Positions 46,626 to 60,297 of a stretch of 64,000 bases of DNA are shown here, in pieces (positions within the stretch are counted from its first letter, which is position 1; every line of letters begins with the position of its first letter). The notes under the pieces were generated by a model. The model worked only from the letters and a program-made list of their open reading frames with translations. It ran no database searches and was not told where the DNA came from. The stretch comes from Octopus vulgaris. Taxonomy: Eukaryota. The position numbers and the translations under genes were made by a program. The stretch is taken from the NCBI GenBank assembly GCA_951406725.2, contig OX597815.1, forward strand, positions 169,074,001 to 169,138,000. Reading direction: 5' to 3'.

Positions 46626-48782
46626 TTAAAGGAACTGCATGAATCCAAGACAGAAGAAAGTGTGTAAAACTGTTCACCATGTGTCTGTTGTAATGTAGAC
46701 AACTGTGTTAACCATTGCACCAAACTGCCCCTGCAAACTTGATCTTCTCAAATTATCACTTATGAAGTAGTCACTACACAAACTGCTTACCTGTTGCATC
46801 TCTCACATGAGAATCCTCAATTATGGTATAATTACTGCCATTGTTTGTCAACAACAACTATCGTTCGTGCGTTTGTACTGGTTTTAGCTTTAAGGTGTTA
46901 GGGTTAAAGTTGTCATAAATAACAGTGACAAACGAAAAATACACCGCCAAAAGTTCTTGCTGACAAACAACGGCAGTAATTTTATTCGGCTGAATACATG
47001 TCATTGATTGGTTGAAATTACTGAAATAGGCCTACTTTAACTTGAAATTACTTCATAAATATAAGTTTTTCTCAAAAATGCTAAGAGTAAAACATGTTTT
47101 ATATGGCACATTCTACCAGTGTCCGAAGTTTGAAAGTATTTAGTTTCAAAAAATTATTTTTAAAATCTGTACGTCAAAAGGTAAAGATCCGTTTTTTTGC
47201 AGAATATCTGAAATGACAGTGCCAACCATTTTACAACTATCACACAAAGGGACACAAACATATGCACACTCACACTTAACATGTATACATATTTAAGGTG
47301 GCTAGCTGGCAGAAACATTAGCATACCAGGCGAAATGCTTAGCAGTATTTCGTCTGTCTTTACGTTCTGAGTTCAAATTCCGCTGAGGTCGACTTTGCCT
47401 TTCATCCTTTTGGGGTTGATAATTTAAGTACCAGTTGCGTACTGTGGTTGATCTAATCAACTGGTCCTCTCCCCAAAAATTTCGGGCCTTATACCCAGAG
47501 TTGAAAAGAATTGTTAGCACACCGGGCAAAATGTTTAGTGGCATTTTATCCATCTTTACATGCTGGGTTCAAATGTGACTGGGGTTGACTTTACCTTTTA
47601 TTCTTTCGGGTTGATAAAACAAGTACCCGTTGGGCATTGGAGTTGATTTAATTGACTTAGACTCTTCCCTGAAACTGCTGGCCTTGTGCCAAAATTTGAA
47701 GCTAATATGTGTACATATCTAACATGCTTCTTTCAGTTTCTCTCTACCAAAACAACTCATGAGGTTTTGGTTAGCCAGGGACTATAGTAAAATGCCATAC
47801 TCTTTTACTCTTTTACTGGTTTCAGTCATTTGACTGCAGCCATGCTGGAGCACCGCCTTGAGTCGAACAAATCAATCCCAGGACTTATTCTTTGTAAGCC
47901 TAGCACTTATTCTATTGGTCTCCTTTGCCGAACTGCTAAGTTACGGGGACATAAACACACCAGCATCGGTTGTCAAGCGACGTTGGGGGAACAAACACAG
48001 ACACACACACACACACACACATAAATATACATATACATATATACAATGGGCTTCTTTTAGTTTCCGTCCACCAAATCCACTCAAAAGGCTTTGGTCCGCC
48101 CGAGGCTATAGTAGAAGACACTTGCCCAAGGTGCCACACAGTGGGACTGAGCCTGGAACCATATGGCTGGTAAGCAAGCTACTTACCATACAGCCACTCC
48201 TGCACCTATACTTACCACACAGCCACTCCTATGCCTATACAGTGTAACTGAACTTGAAATCATGAGGTTGAGAAGTAAAAGTCTGAACAAAACAACCACA
48301 AGGCAAAGATTTTTATGTAAACGACAAGAAATACAAGTTACATATGTATGACATTTTATGAGTATTAATTTTTACAGATGAGGTTTACTGTTGTGGTTCC
48401 CTGGTGTATTGATTATTGCAGTCATCTGGATTTGGATTACGACAGGTGGTGCAATTCTCGTGGGTGGTTCTTGGCACATTTTTTTCTATCTTTGATCTGT
48501 GCTTGTAAAATGTCTAATCTAAATTAAACTTTGTTTTATATTTTACTTGTTTCAGTCATTAGACTGTGGCCATGCTGGGGCACTACATTGAAGAATTTTT
48601 AGTCAAATGGATAGACCCCCCAGTACTTCTATTTTTCTAAAACCTGGTATTTATTCTATCAGTACCTTTTGCTGAACCACTAAGTTACAGAGACATAAAT
48701 ACACCATCATCAGTTGTCAAGCAGTAGAAGTGGGACAAACACTGACACAGACACACACACACACCACACATACTCACACACA

Positions 48783-48813
<31 letters not shown>

Positions 48814-48845
48814 ATAATAGTTAAATAAATATATATATATATATA

Positions 48846-49612
48846 TGTAACGGCAGAAATATGTTTTGGTGTAATTATCAGTTGCAATGGTAGAAATTGA
48901 TTAGTAAACATTATTATAATGATGTCGGTGTCAGCTGGTGTGACGATAATAAGTTTGTGTTGTTATGATTGTTTACTGTATGATGTGAAAGATGAACAAC
49001 ACATGATGTTTTAAGGAAATATTTATTTACCGTTACGTTACAATACCTAGCCTCAACGAGCAGGTTATGATAAATCCAAAAGCATGCAAAGTAAAGTTTG
49101 TGTTTGTGTCCTCTTCATTGTTTAGTAGTAATTGCTGAGACAGTTAGAATGATGTTGTCGGAGAATAGAATTAGAGCTAGAGAGAATTGTAGGGTCTTGT
49201 CTCACAGTTGCTTTCTTCCTCTGACCAAGGTTCTGGCTGGTCAGCCAGACTTCATTGAGTCGTAACAACTGTGACGAACTTAGTTGAGTCGTTACCCAGC
49301 TGGTGATTAACTGATTTTTGCTTGGGATGTGCTGGCTTATATAACTATCCAGAAGGATAGATATATCATTGAGAACAATAGATTTAGTTGGTGGTTTTGT
49401 TATCTCTATTTCTAGCTTTTGGTGGAGTAGAAGAGATGAGAAAGGGTCAAGTTGTGAAGACATTATTTCGGCCTAGCTAAAGGCATCTGGAAGATGTAAA
49501 ACTGCTGTCAGAGAAAAACCATTGCTCCATCATAGAAAAGTTCTGTAGCAGTATTAATTTAAATTTGGCTATGGTGGATCGAATCCACTTCATGTATGCA
49601 AGGTTCGCTACA
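48846..49612 (-). mobile_element. Probable solo LTR inserted in the microsatellite of a SINE
   Basis: TGTAACG...CGCTACA termini; minus-strand TATA near 49340 and AATAAA near 49025; host SINE resumes on both sides; TSD not resolvable. Confidence 0.6.
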
Positions 49613-52600
49613 CACACACACACACATATATATATATACACACAACAAGCTTCTTTTCAGTTTCTGTCTACCAAATACACTCACAAGGCTTTGGTTGGCC
49701 TGAGGCTGTAATAGAAATCATTTGCCCAAGGTGCCACACAATGGGACTCAACCCGGAACCATGTGATTGGCAAGTAAACTTTTACCACGCAGCCAACAAT
49801 CAGAAACTTTTACTATTTCATATCTATTGTAAAATATAAAGAAAATCATAGCTAGTTCTTTATCATAAATTTTAAAAAGTTTTTACATATCAATGGTTTT
49901 GCATTTAGAAATAAACCTAGAAATTTACTTAGATATATAAAGAAATACTGCAAAGGTATTGTTTGTCTAATGACTTTCACCTCCACATGCATAAAAAATA
50001 TCTTTCACCTTTTGTTTCATTGGACTATGGCCATGTTTGAACTGGGAAGGGTTTAGTGCACTATTTTTTAAAATTTAATTAATTTTTTAAAAATTTTATT
50101 TGTTTCAGTCATTTGACTGCGGCCATGCTGGAGCACTGCCTTTAGTTGAGCAAATCGACCCCAGGACTTATTCTTTGTAAGCCTAGTACTTATTCTATCT
50201 GTCTCTTTCGCCGAACTGCTAAGTGACAGGGACATAAACACACCAGCATCAGTTGTCAAGCAATGCTAGGGGGACAAACACACACAAACATACACTCACA
50301 CATATATATACATATATACGATGGGCTTCTTTCAGTTTCCATCTACCAAGTCCACTCACAAGGCTTTGGTCGGCCCGAGGCTATAGTAGAAGACACTTGC
50401 CCAAGGTGCCATGCAGTGGGACTGAAACCAGAACCAGGTGGTTGGTAAGCAAGCTACTTACCACACAGCCACTCCTCTCTCAACAATTTTTTCTATGGAC
50501 CCCTTTGATTCCTATTTTACTCAACTGGACTTCCATAGCCATTCAATGTATATGAAAAAAAGTTTCATTGTATTTTACGATTAAATATCATTAGGAATTG
50601 TATAGAAAAAAAAAATGAAATATTTTGTATTTTCTCTTTTACTTGTTTCATTCATTAGATTATGGCCATGTTGGGGCACTGCCTTGTAGAATTTTTAGTC
50701 AAATGAATCAACCCCAGTATTTGTCTTTTGTTAAGAATGGTACTTATTCTATCGGACTCTTTTTGCCAAACTGCAAAGTTACAGGGACATAAACACACCA
50801 ACACCAGATGTCAAGCAGTGGTGAGAGACCAGCACAGACACAACGACACACACAAGCATACACACACAACAAGCTTCTTTCAGTTTCCACCTACCAAATC
50901 CACTCACAAGGCTTAGGTCAGTCTGAAGCAAAAGTAGATAAAAGTAAATGAAGATTACCTTCTTGAGTCATGCTGACTCACAAGGGTCAGTTTCCCAGTT
51001 TCAGGGTGTATATATTCCACACCTGGATGTGATGCCGGTCCATCGCAGGATTATTCATTTTTGCCAGCTGAGTGGACTGGAGCAACATGAAATGAAGTGT
51101 TTTGCTTGAGAACACAACACGTCGCCCGATCCAGGAACTGAAATCACAATCTTATGACCACGAGTCCAATACCCTAACCACTAAGTTACGTGCTTCCACA
51201 AGGCTCAGGGCTATAGTAGAAAACACTTACCCAATTTGCTAAGCAATAAGATTGATCCTGAAGCCATGCAGCTGTCAGGTGAACTTCTTAACCACACAGA
51301 TTTAGGATAAACCTCCTTCTTAAGTCATATAGATTCATAGAGCCAGTTTCCTAGATTTTCTGGCATATATTCTCTACCCTTTGTCTTGTCTTGTAACTGC
51401 ATTCACCCGGGAGGGGTTAAGCCAGCTCCTATTTAGTTCACTGCAGTTGTGAGTTCATAGGAGTTTCAAGGGATGGTCAGAGTCCACAAAAAGAGTTCCT
51501 ATCTGTATACATAAGCCACCATACACAACCAGTAGTAGATCGTTCTCATGTTGCACCTTTTTGCTGCAGGATGCCTGCAAATGTAATCCAATGCCACCAG
51601 GAAACTACCTGATTTCAGAACAGACGCCGCCTAGAATTTGTCATTGCCCACCACTTGTGGCCCTAGCACCATCAGTGTCAGATTTGTCCACCTTGTGTGG
51701 CCCTAGCAGGGACTCGAAGTCCCCGAAGGCATAGCTCTGATACTCTCTCATTAAATCTTCCCACCACGATGAGGTCAAGGGTTGGATTTTGAGCAAGTTG
51801 CAGGAACTCATTTTTGCCAGCTGAGTGGACAAAAGCAATGTGAAATAAAGTGTTTTACTCAAGAACACAATACATTGTTCAAACCCGGAATCAAAACCAC
51901 AATCTTACAATCATGAGTTCTGAGGTAAGAAGTTTGTTTGTTTCCCAACCACATGTTTCCAGTTTTGGCCCCACTGCATGGAAACCTGGGTGTCTTCTAC
52001 TATAGCCTCCAGTTGACCAAATCCTTGTGACTGGATTTGGCAGGTGAAAATTGAAAGAAGTCGATCATATATATGTGTGTGTGTGTTTGTGTTGTCCTCC
52101 ACTGCTTGACAGCCAGTGCTGATGTGTTTATGTCCCCATAACTAAGGAGTTCAGCAAAAGACACCGATAGAATAAGTACCAGACTTACAAAAATAAGTGC
52201 AGAAGACGATGCATTTGACTAAAATTCTTCAAAGTGGTTCCCTAGCTTGGCCACGGTCTAATGACTGAAACAAGCAAAAGCAAAAAGATAAAAAGAATTT
52301 TTGTAGAATGTATTATAAAGGGAAACTGTTCCAGGCATGTGATTGTTTAAACAATAAGAAACTGAAATAAGAAAGATATTACTCCCTCTCCCCCAACACC
52401 TTAGCCCCTCCCCTTTTAATCTATTTTCACTTCTTTTCCTCCACTTTCAGGCTTACTTAAAACTTTGGTCCTCTCTGCCTTCCCTTTTCTGTTCTTTGTT
52501 TTACTTAGTTTGCACACCCACTTCTCACTGGCTTCTTCCCGCCTTATATCACTTCTTGACATCATTCCTTTCTTTCCTTGCAGTCAAATGAAGAATGAAA

Positions 52601-53008
52601 ACCTAAACTAAGGAAATTCTTCACTCTTTAACAGAAAATGAATTTAGCAAACTTTCTTTACAAACTCATTTTTGAAAACACTGTTGCTGTTGCAGACTAC
52701 TGCCATTATCTTCATGTTAGTGTGAGAGAGAGAAAGAGAATGTGTGTGTGTGTGTGTGTGTACACATATGAGTGTTTGTCTCTGCATGTTTTCATGTTGT
52801 TGTTTAAGCCACTGTGCAATTGTTTATGCCTCCTATAAACAATGTGTCCTGTGGCTCAGTAACTTTGTTATTTTCATATGAAGATGATTGGAATAAAAAA
52901 TACCTTATCGTTTACTTATTTCAGCTGTTGGACTGCGGCCATGCTGGGGCACCACATTGAAGAATTTTAATCAAACAAATTGATTTCAATACTTATTTTC
53001 TAAAGCCT

Positions 53009-53809
53009 TGTAGCAGACTCTCTCTCTCTGTTATATATACATGAGTACGGACAAAGTAGATAACAGCTAGCCTTCAGCCACCCTTTTGGATCCTGTTGTG
53101 TCCACTACTCTGATTGGTTGGTATTGGCACAGTTTGTCTCTTGCTCTATTATGCGCCAATGTGCAACCCAACCAATTGCAGCCTTCTGATAAGGTCATGT
53201 GAGACAGTCTCTTCCAATCTTCCAGTGAGCCGATAGCTTGCTATAAAATGCTAGAATTCAGACCGTCTTTCATCTTTGGTTCTAGACCTTCTAAAGTCAA
53301 ACCACTGACCACAGAGCACACAGCCAGTTCCAGCAACAGCACAACAGCAGCCATATGGAGAATTATCAACACTCAACCAACAGCATACAGCAGTCTCCTT
53401 CTTCGTCGCTTCCATCATCTTCTTGTTCTTTATGTAGTTAAGGCTTCCAGCAGGTGAAGAGAAAAGACTTCAAGCATAAATGCTATTTACAACTGGTTTA
53501 TTTACAGGAAAGGTGAAGTGTGCTACTCTCAGCTACCATCTTAAGCTCCGATAGTGTGGGCACATTGCCTCTGGAGATAGACAGACAGAAAACCCCAGCC
53601 AGTGGTATTGTTCAGCCAGTACTGCTGTGTTGTGGCACCAGAGGTATTTGAAGAGGGTTTTCCCTTTATATAGTTTTCTCCACAATGAGCCTTGTTGTGA
53701 TCTCGTGCATGGCAAATGGATGCAGGTGAGGTTTCGCTCCAGTCTCAGAGATGACAATGGCTGCCACGAGATCTTATCCAATATGGTGCTGACTGCTTGT
53801 GCCGCTACA
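53009..53809 (+). mobile_element. Solo LTR, Gypsy-like (4-bp TSD)
   Basis: GCCT|TGTAGC...GCTACA|GCCT; TATAAAA near 53242; interrupts a SINE at aaagcct/ggtacttattc. Confidence 0.82.
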
Positions 53810-54841
53810 GCCTGGTACTTATTCTTTTGATTTCATTTGTGTTTTAGTCAAAGCTGGGACACTGCCTTGAAGAATTTTTAGTCAAACGAATCAACCCCAG
53901 TACTTGTTATTTGTTAAGTACTTTTGTGTTTTAGTTGAAGCTGAAAGCATGTGTGTGGGAAGCAAACTTCTTACCATTATCACATATCTGTGCCTATGTG
54001 TATGTACTTCCACAGTGGGCTTTCACACAGTTTCTGTCTGTCAAATTCACTCATAAGGCAGTAGTCATCCTGGGGCTATGGTACAAGCCACTTACCCAAA
54101 GTACTGTATAGACATCCAGCCAAAGAACACTAGCTCAATACATCTTGTGTAACTCATGAGAGCATAAAAATGATAATGAGAATGAAGTGTCTGAGAATGA
54201 CTTTTGGGAGTGATAAGTTGAGAGAAAATTTTCCTCATTGAATAGAAGTTTATTTCAAATGATGAAGGCACACTTACTATTGATGTGGTAGACAATATGG
54301 CATGGAAGTACTATTATGAGAAGCTGCTGAATATGGAGAAAACATGGGATAATGAATGAATACCTCATTCTGACCTTACAAGTTGATAGTAATTTGGAAG
54401 ATAAAGTAAATAAGGACATAAAGTGATAGAAAGCTACTGGACCATCAGGTGTAGTTGTGGAGATGCTCAAAATATCTGATGAAGTAGGATTACCACTCGG
54501 ATACTTCATCAAGTAATACAGGAAGGTGTCATATCCAATGACTGGCCTAATTATGAGAGTCATAGCAGAGTTGATTTGAAATAGTAAACCTAAATAAGAT
54601 GCAGTTTGGCTTCATACCGAGCAGAGGTACCACAGACATAATATTCCAAGTGAGACAACCACAGAAGAAATACTTGGCTAAGTGTAAAGTACTATTCTTG
54701 ACATTCACTGACTTGAAGAAAGCCTTTCACATGTTACCATGTTCAGTAATTTGGTAATCACTAAGGAAACTAGGTGTAGACTAACGGTTTGAGAGGGCTG
54801 TACAAGATATGCACAAAAACGCAGTGAATGATTTCTACAAT

Positions 54842-55064
54842 CGAAGGAGAGAGGCTTTCTCCGTCCGGGTTGCGGATCCGTGGAATAAGCTGCCGGACGA
54901 GATGGTGAAGATGCCGACGACCGCTCAGTTCAAAGTCTCCCTTGACCACAAGTGGCCTGAACTCTTTACATGAACACCACCCTGTACATAACTCCATGTC
55001 CCCCTACATGGCCTTTGTTTTTGCTTTTTGAGCCAAAATATTAACTAACTAACTAACTAATTAA
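54842..55064 (+). mobile_element. 5'-truncated CR1-type LINE
   Basis: RREAFSVRVADPWNKLPDEMVKMPTTAQFKVSLD (CR1 ORF2 C-terminus); (TAAC)n tail; TSD CTACAAT at 54835-54841 and 55065-55071. Confidence 0.85.
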
Positions 55065-55072
55065 CTACAATT

Positions 55073-55582
55073 AAATTAGCATGCAAGTAGGGGCCCATTT
55101 AAATTCAGTACTCAGCCTTTTCCTTTTCATCACAGTCCTACAGGCCATCACAAAAATGCAATAAAGGATTTCTACAATGAAATTAGCATGTAAGTAGGGG
55201 CCCATTTAAGTTCAGTATTCAGCCCTTTCTTTTCATCACAGTCCTACAGGCCATCACAAAAATACAATAAAGGATTTCTACAATGAAATTAGCATGTAAG
55301 TAGGGGCCCATTTAAGTTCAGTACTCAGCCCTTTCCTTTTCATCATAGTCCTAAAGGCCATCACAAAAATGCAATAAAGGATTTCTACAATGAAATTAGC
55401 ATGCAAGTAGGGGCCCATTTAAATTCAGTACTCAGCCCTTTCCTTTTCATCACAGTCCTACAGGCCATCACGAAAATGCAATAAAGGATTTCTACAATGA
55501 AATTAGCATGCAAGTAGGGGCCCATTTAAATTCAGTACTCAGCCCTTTCCTTTTCATCATAGTCCTACAGGCCATCACAAAA
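55073..55582 (+). repeat. Tandem repeat, ~107-bp unit, about 4.8 copies
   Basis: Units start at 55073, 55180, 55286, 55393 and 55500 (aaattagcatg). Confidence 0.95.
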
Positions 55583-55787
55583 TTTAATGCTGGTTGCTCA
55601 TGGGAATTTCTATATGCTGATGATCTGATTAAGAAGTTTTCTTCCAAGCCAAATAGTTCTGCTGTGAGGTTCTTTCGTTTCGGCAAGTGTCTTCTGCTAT
55701 AGCCTCATCCTAACTATATTAGTTAGTGGAAGTAGACTTGATGGAGAGAAACTGAAAGAAGCTAGTCGTCTGCATATATACGAGTGG

Positions 55788-55979
55788 GAGGGAGGCTGAA
55801 AAGTTTCTGGTTTTGGGGAAAAGAAAATACAGGCAGATCAGTTAATTATGATTTTATTTAACTTATTCCCTCTCAGATTCACACACTTATTTCCTTCAGT
55901 TTTTCTAAGCCCTGTAAAAGAACTCAGAGGATTTGGCCCTTCACAATATCCTTAAAGCCAGGAACTTTTCAGCACCCTC
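55788..55979. mobile_element. Small mariner-like MITE
   Basis: gagggaggctgaaaagtttctgg ... ccaggaacttttcagcaccctc inverted ends. Confidence 0.6.
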
Positions 55980-55981
55980 TC

Positions 55982-56117
<136 letters not shown>

Positions 56118-57243
56118 GGATCAAAAAGAGGCCGAGGAAGGGCGAATGGCACCGCGAGTGTCGCGTTGCTCTCAAGCAACTCTGCCGTCCTGGGTCGACC
56201 TTAAGTGACTTCAACACAACCAAAGCATTCTATAGGGGTTTAGTGGAGGGGAGGTACGACATCGAGCTCGGGGCGAACCTGGACGTCGACGAGGAGTACC
56301 TGACCCGCCTGTTCAGGACGACTTTCGGGCCAGGGCCCATGGACAACTTCCAGAGATCCCTGGCCTGGCAGTGCTACCGAGAAGCGCTACCCGTTCGGGA
56401 TAAGCTCTACAGACACGGCTCGAGAAACACGGGGCCGACCTGCCCGAGATGCGGTCAGAGCGACGAAACCGTTCTGCACGCACTCGTTCAGTGTCCAACA
56501 ATTTCCGACCTGTGGGCTTATGTCGAACAACTGCTGTCACGTGTGGGACGAGTCGGTTTATCAGCTGAGTCTATCGTCAATATTGTCACGCCTCCTTCCT
56601 TCAAACGGGAAGGAAGAGCTATTTTCATCATCCTTGTGGCTATGGCGAAAGAATGTATCTGGTGGATGCGTCTGAAAGGATTGGAGACAAACACTTTCCT
56701 CTCTGGTCAATCTCTCATCAACTTCTTCAAGTACCACTTGAAAAGGAAAGTGAGAGTAGAGAGGCAAGTTTTGTCTAGCGAATGTTTTAAAAAAAGATGG
56801 GTGAATGTAGCAAGAATGGCACGTATGAATGACGAAGCCACCTTGAGCATAGTCCTATGAACCCAGAAATCGAAAACAGAGAGTTGCTTATTTGCAAAAA
56901 AAAAAAAAAAAAAAAAAAAAGAAATATAAAATGTGACTTCATTGACCGAGGTTACCGTGGTCTTTTCCGTAGGCTTTTCTTTCCACGGGTAAACCTCACC
57001 TGTCCTCCCCTTTACACTTCATATTGACATTTCTGTGATAACGATCCCTATTGATCAATTTTTTTTCCTCCCCCCTTTTTTTTTAACCCCCCTTTTTTTG
57101 TCCTCTTTCTCTCCTTTTACGATCCCTTTTGATCGAAACTCCCCCTTCCTTTTTTTTTTTTTTTTTTTTAACCTTCAAAAGAAAAGCTCTACCTTGTAAT
57201 TTGTTCTATCTGTGTGCAGCCCTGTGTGGCTAATAAAGAAACA
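56118..57243 (+). mobile_element. 5'-truncated Tx1/L1-type LINE (ORF2 C-terminal zinc-binding region plus 3' UTR) embedded in (CTAT)n
   Basis: ORF 56243-56860: LAWQCYREALPVRDKL..CPRCGQSDETVLHALVQC (CCHC, zf-RVT-like); AATAAA at 57232; (CTAT)n on both sides. Confidence 0.88.
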
Positions 57244-57740
57244 TATCTATCTATCTATCTATCTATCTATCCATCTATCTGTACATACCAAACCACCCAC
57301 CACACACCTACCTACCTACCTACCTACCTGTATTGCTGCAGGGAGTGTCAAGTTTTAAAAAATGCTAAAACATATTAAATCATCACCACTATCATCATCA
57401 TCATCATCAAGCTTCAACACCACTATACAATCTAAATTAGTTCTTGATGAGCCTCAGATGAAACAGAATATATATTTTGTTTGAGTAATGGTTATAGATT
57501 TCATATGTGTGTGTATGTGTGTTTCTTTGTCTTGACATCATGTGATAGATGTAAACAAACTAGTGGGGTTGTTAGTTTCCAATCTTCTGTGAAAATATAC
57601 ATATATCCAGCCTCGGGGAAATATCCCCTTGCTTGGAAACGGTTGAGGACTGATGACAAGATGCACATACGACTGTAGAAAATCTAGCTTGACAAATTCC
57701 ACCATGACCTATGCAAGCATGGAAAATTGGCTGATAAACT

Positions 57741-57913
57741 GATGATGATGAGGAGGAGGAGGAGGAGGATAATGAGGAGGATGAAGAGGATGGGGATGAT
57801 GATGATGAGGAGGAGGAGGAGGATGCTGATGATGATGAGGAGGAGGATGGGGATGATGATGATGATGATGATGATGATGAGGAGGAGGAGGAGGAGGAGG
57901 AGGAGGAGGATGA
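57741..57913 (+). repeat. Compound (GAT)n/(GAG)n microsatellite, expanded retroelement tail
   Basis: Follows gcaagcatggaaaa, the usual 3' end of the (GAT)n-tailed family. Confidence 0.9.
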
Positions 57914-58400
57914 TAAAGACAGATGAACTTGACCAAAGAATATACTAATCAAATTATTATACAGATAGAAACAACAACAACAACAAAAGAAATCAATAGT
58001 ACTTTCAATGCTTTCTACTGAAGTCATGTCTTAACGATTCCATTTATTGGTGTATCTTTTTACTACATTCAAATACTTGATTGTGATACATTACTCTCAT
58101 ACTCTCTTTTATTTGTTTCAGTCAATTGACTGCAGCCATGCTGGAGCACTGCCTTTAGTTGAACAAGTCGACCCCAGAACTTATTCTTTGTAAGCCTAGT
58201 ACTTATTCTATTGGTCACTTTTACTGAACTACTAAGTTACGGGATGTAACATTGGTTGTCAAGTGATGGTAGGAGTACAAACACAGAGACACAACCATAT
58301 ACATAAATATATATGTGTGTATATATATATATATATTGATAAAAATGGCAAGACAACAAAAGAAAGAAAGAGACCTCGATATTATGTAAATAGAGGAATT

Positions 58401-58557
58401 TATCTGTAAATGTAATATGTGACAATTATTCAGTAGCCATGATAAAACTCCGAGTTTCAGATGCCGAGGTGGAAATCCATGCCACCATCCTCGGCATCCG
58501 AAACTCAGAGTTTTATCATGGTTACCGAATAATTGTCACATATTACATTTACAGATA
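58401..58557. repeat. 69-bp-arm inverted repeat with 19-nt loop
   Basis: 58401-58469 vs 58489-58557; 4 mismatches by eye. Confidence 0.95.
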
Positions 58558-58869
58558 TATATATATGTATAAAAAATATATATAAAAATACAAAATGGGA
58601 CAAGAATGCAAAACATTCAAATAGACGATACGAAAATGGACGGGTCATTCAAAGCCTCTAATCTTCAGTCAAGAACCGGATCATCCTTGCAATTTCAGCT
58701 AGCTCCTTCTTGAGCCATGCCTGGCTCATAAGGGCTGGTTTCCTTGGCATATAGGTGCCCCACCTGGACGGGATGCCAGCCCATCGCAGATGAACTGCAA
58801 GATGCAGGAGGAAAGAGTGAGAGAAAGTTGTGGCAAAAGAGTCAGCAGAAGTTTGCCATTACCTTCTGC

Positions 58870-59111
58870 ATAGAACTTAGATGTTTTGCTCATAAACACA
58901 CACATCGCCCAATCTGAGATTCAAACCTGTGATCCCTCGACTGTGAGTCTGCTGCTCTAACCACTAGGCCATGTGCCTCCGCATATATATGTATGTATGT
59001 ATAGAACTTAGGTGTTTTGCTCATAAACACACACATCGTCCAATCTGAGATTCAAACCTGTGATCCCTCGACTGAGTCTGCTGCTCTAACCACTAAGCCA
59101 TGTGCCTCCGC

Positions 59112-59131
<20 letters not shown>
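58870..59131 (-). repeat. Tandem duplication (~131 bp x2) of a SINE head
   Basis: Units start at 58870 and 59001 (atagaacttag). Confidence 0.85.
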
Positions 59132-59142
<11 letters not shown>

Positions 59143-59745
59143 CATATATGCAACGGGTGTCTTTCACTTTCCGTCTACCAAATCCACTCACAAGGCTTTG
59201 GTTGACCCAAGGCTAAAGCAAAAGACACTTGCCCAAGGTACCACATGCTGGGACTGAACCCAGAACTATGTGGTTGGCAAGCAAGCATCTTACCACAAAG
59301 CAACTCATGTGCCTAGGCGAAATAATTTTTTTCTTTTTGCACAGTCTTGGATCAAGAAATCAATAGAAACTATACTGTTTCATTAATTATTCTTATCATC
59401 ATCATTATTTAACATCCTGCTTGCATGCTTGCATTGGTTGGACAATTTGATAAGGACTGATGAATTGGAAGACTATCATGCACCAATATCTACTTTGAGA
59501 TGTTTTTATGACTGGATGCCTTTCCATGTATTGTATGCCATTTTTGTGACACTTGTGCAAGTAATGATCACCTTGTAACTGCAAGGCTAAATAGGGGCTG
59601 TAAGTGGTCCCTATCACTGAAGGACCTCAGAAGACAGAGTGGACAATTATCTAGAGATGGGAGATAAGAGATTGAGGAATGTGACAGGGAACAGGAAAGG
59701 ACAGCTACATCTTTGTTGTCAATTCACTATTTTTGGGCCTAATCC

Positions 59746-59793
<48 letters not shown>

Positions 59794-60250
59794 CACGTGA
59801 CCGCTGGCCGACTAGTAGCCCTTTTGCGTCGGACTATGGGCATGGTAACATCGTTGTTTTCGTCTGCTGTAAGGCTTAATTCTCACTCAATACACCAGCC
59901 GAATTCATTTGTCTCTGGTCGAAAGACGCCTGTTGTTATGTCCTGTTATTATTATTATTGTTTTTTTGCATTTATATTCGTGTTATTTTTTTGTCTTTTT
60001 GTATTTATATTTGTGTAACATCGTCCGTTTTTCTGTCCTTGTTTCGTACACATTCAATCCTTTTTCTGAAGAATCTAATGCTCTGAGCTTAGTTTTTCCT
60101 TGGGGCTGGCCAGATTGGAGCAATCTCAAGATTAATCAGCTGAAATTGTGAGGGTAATCCGGTTCTTGACTGAAGATTAAAGGCTTCGAATGACCCGACC
60201 GTGTTTTTTGTATCGTCTATTTGGATGTTTTGCGTTCTTGTCCCATTTTG

Positions 60251-60297
<47 letters not shown>

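Larger units (their letters stand above)
54180..55630 (+). mobile_element. Degraded RTE reverse-transcriptase region containing a CR1 insertion and a tandem amplification
   Basis: KATGPSG, QFGFIPSRGTTD, FTDLKKAF, SVLSPFLFIIV, LYADDL motifs in order. Confidence 0.85.

Noticed and set aside
48378-48530. Possible extra TAPT1 last exon (tttttacAG ATGAGGTTTACT, MRFT...)
   Set aside because: Phase does not fit the candidate donor near 39966, and similarity stops at three residues.
55073-55582. CRISPR-like array
   Set aside because: Contiguous 107-bp units with no unique spacers, derived from RTE sequence; eukaryotic context with no cas genes.
57572-58027. Poly-Ser, Pro/His and Met/Arg ORFs
   Set aside because: Triplet microsatellite translations.
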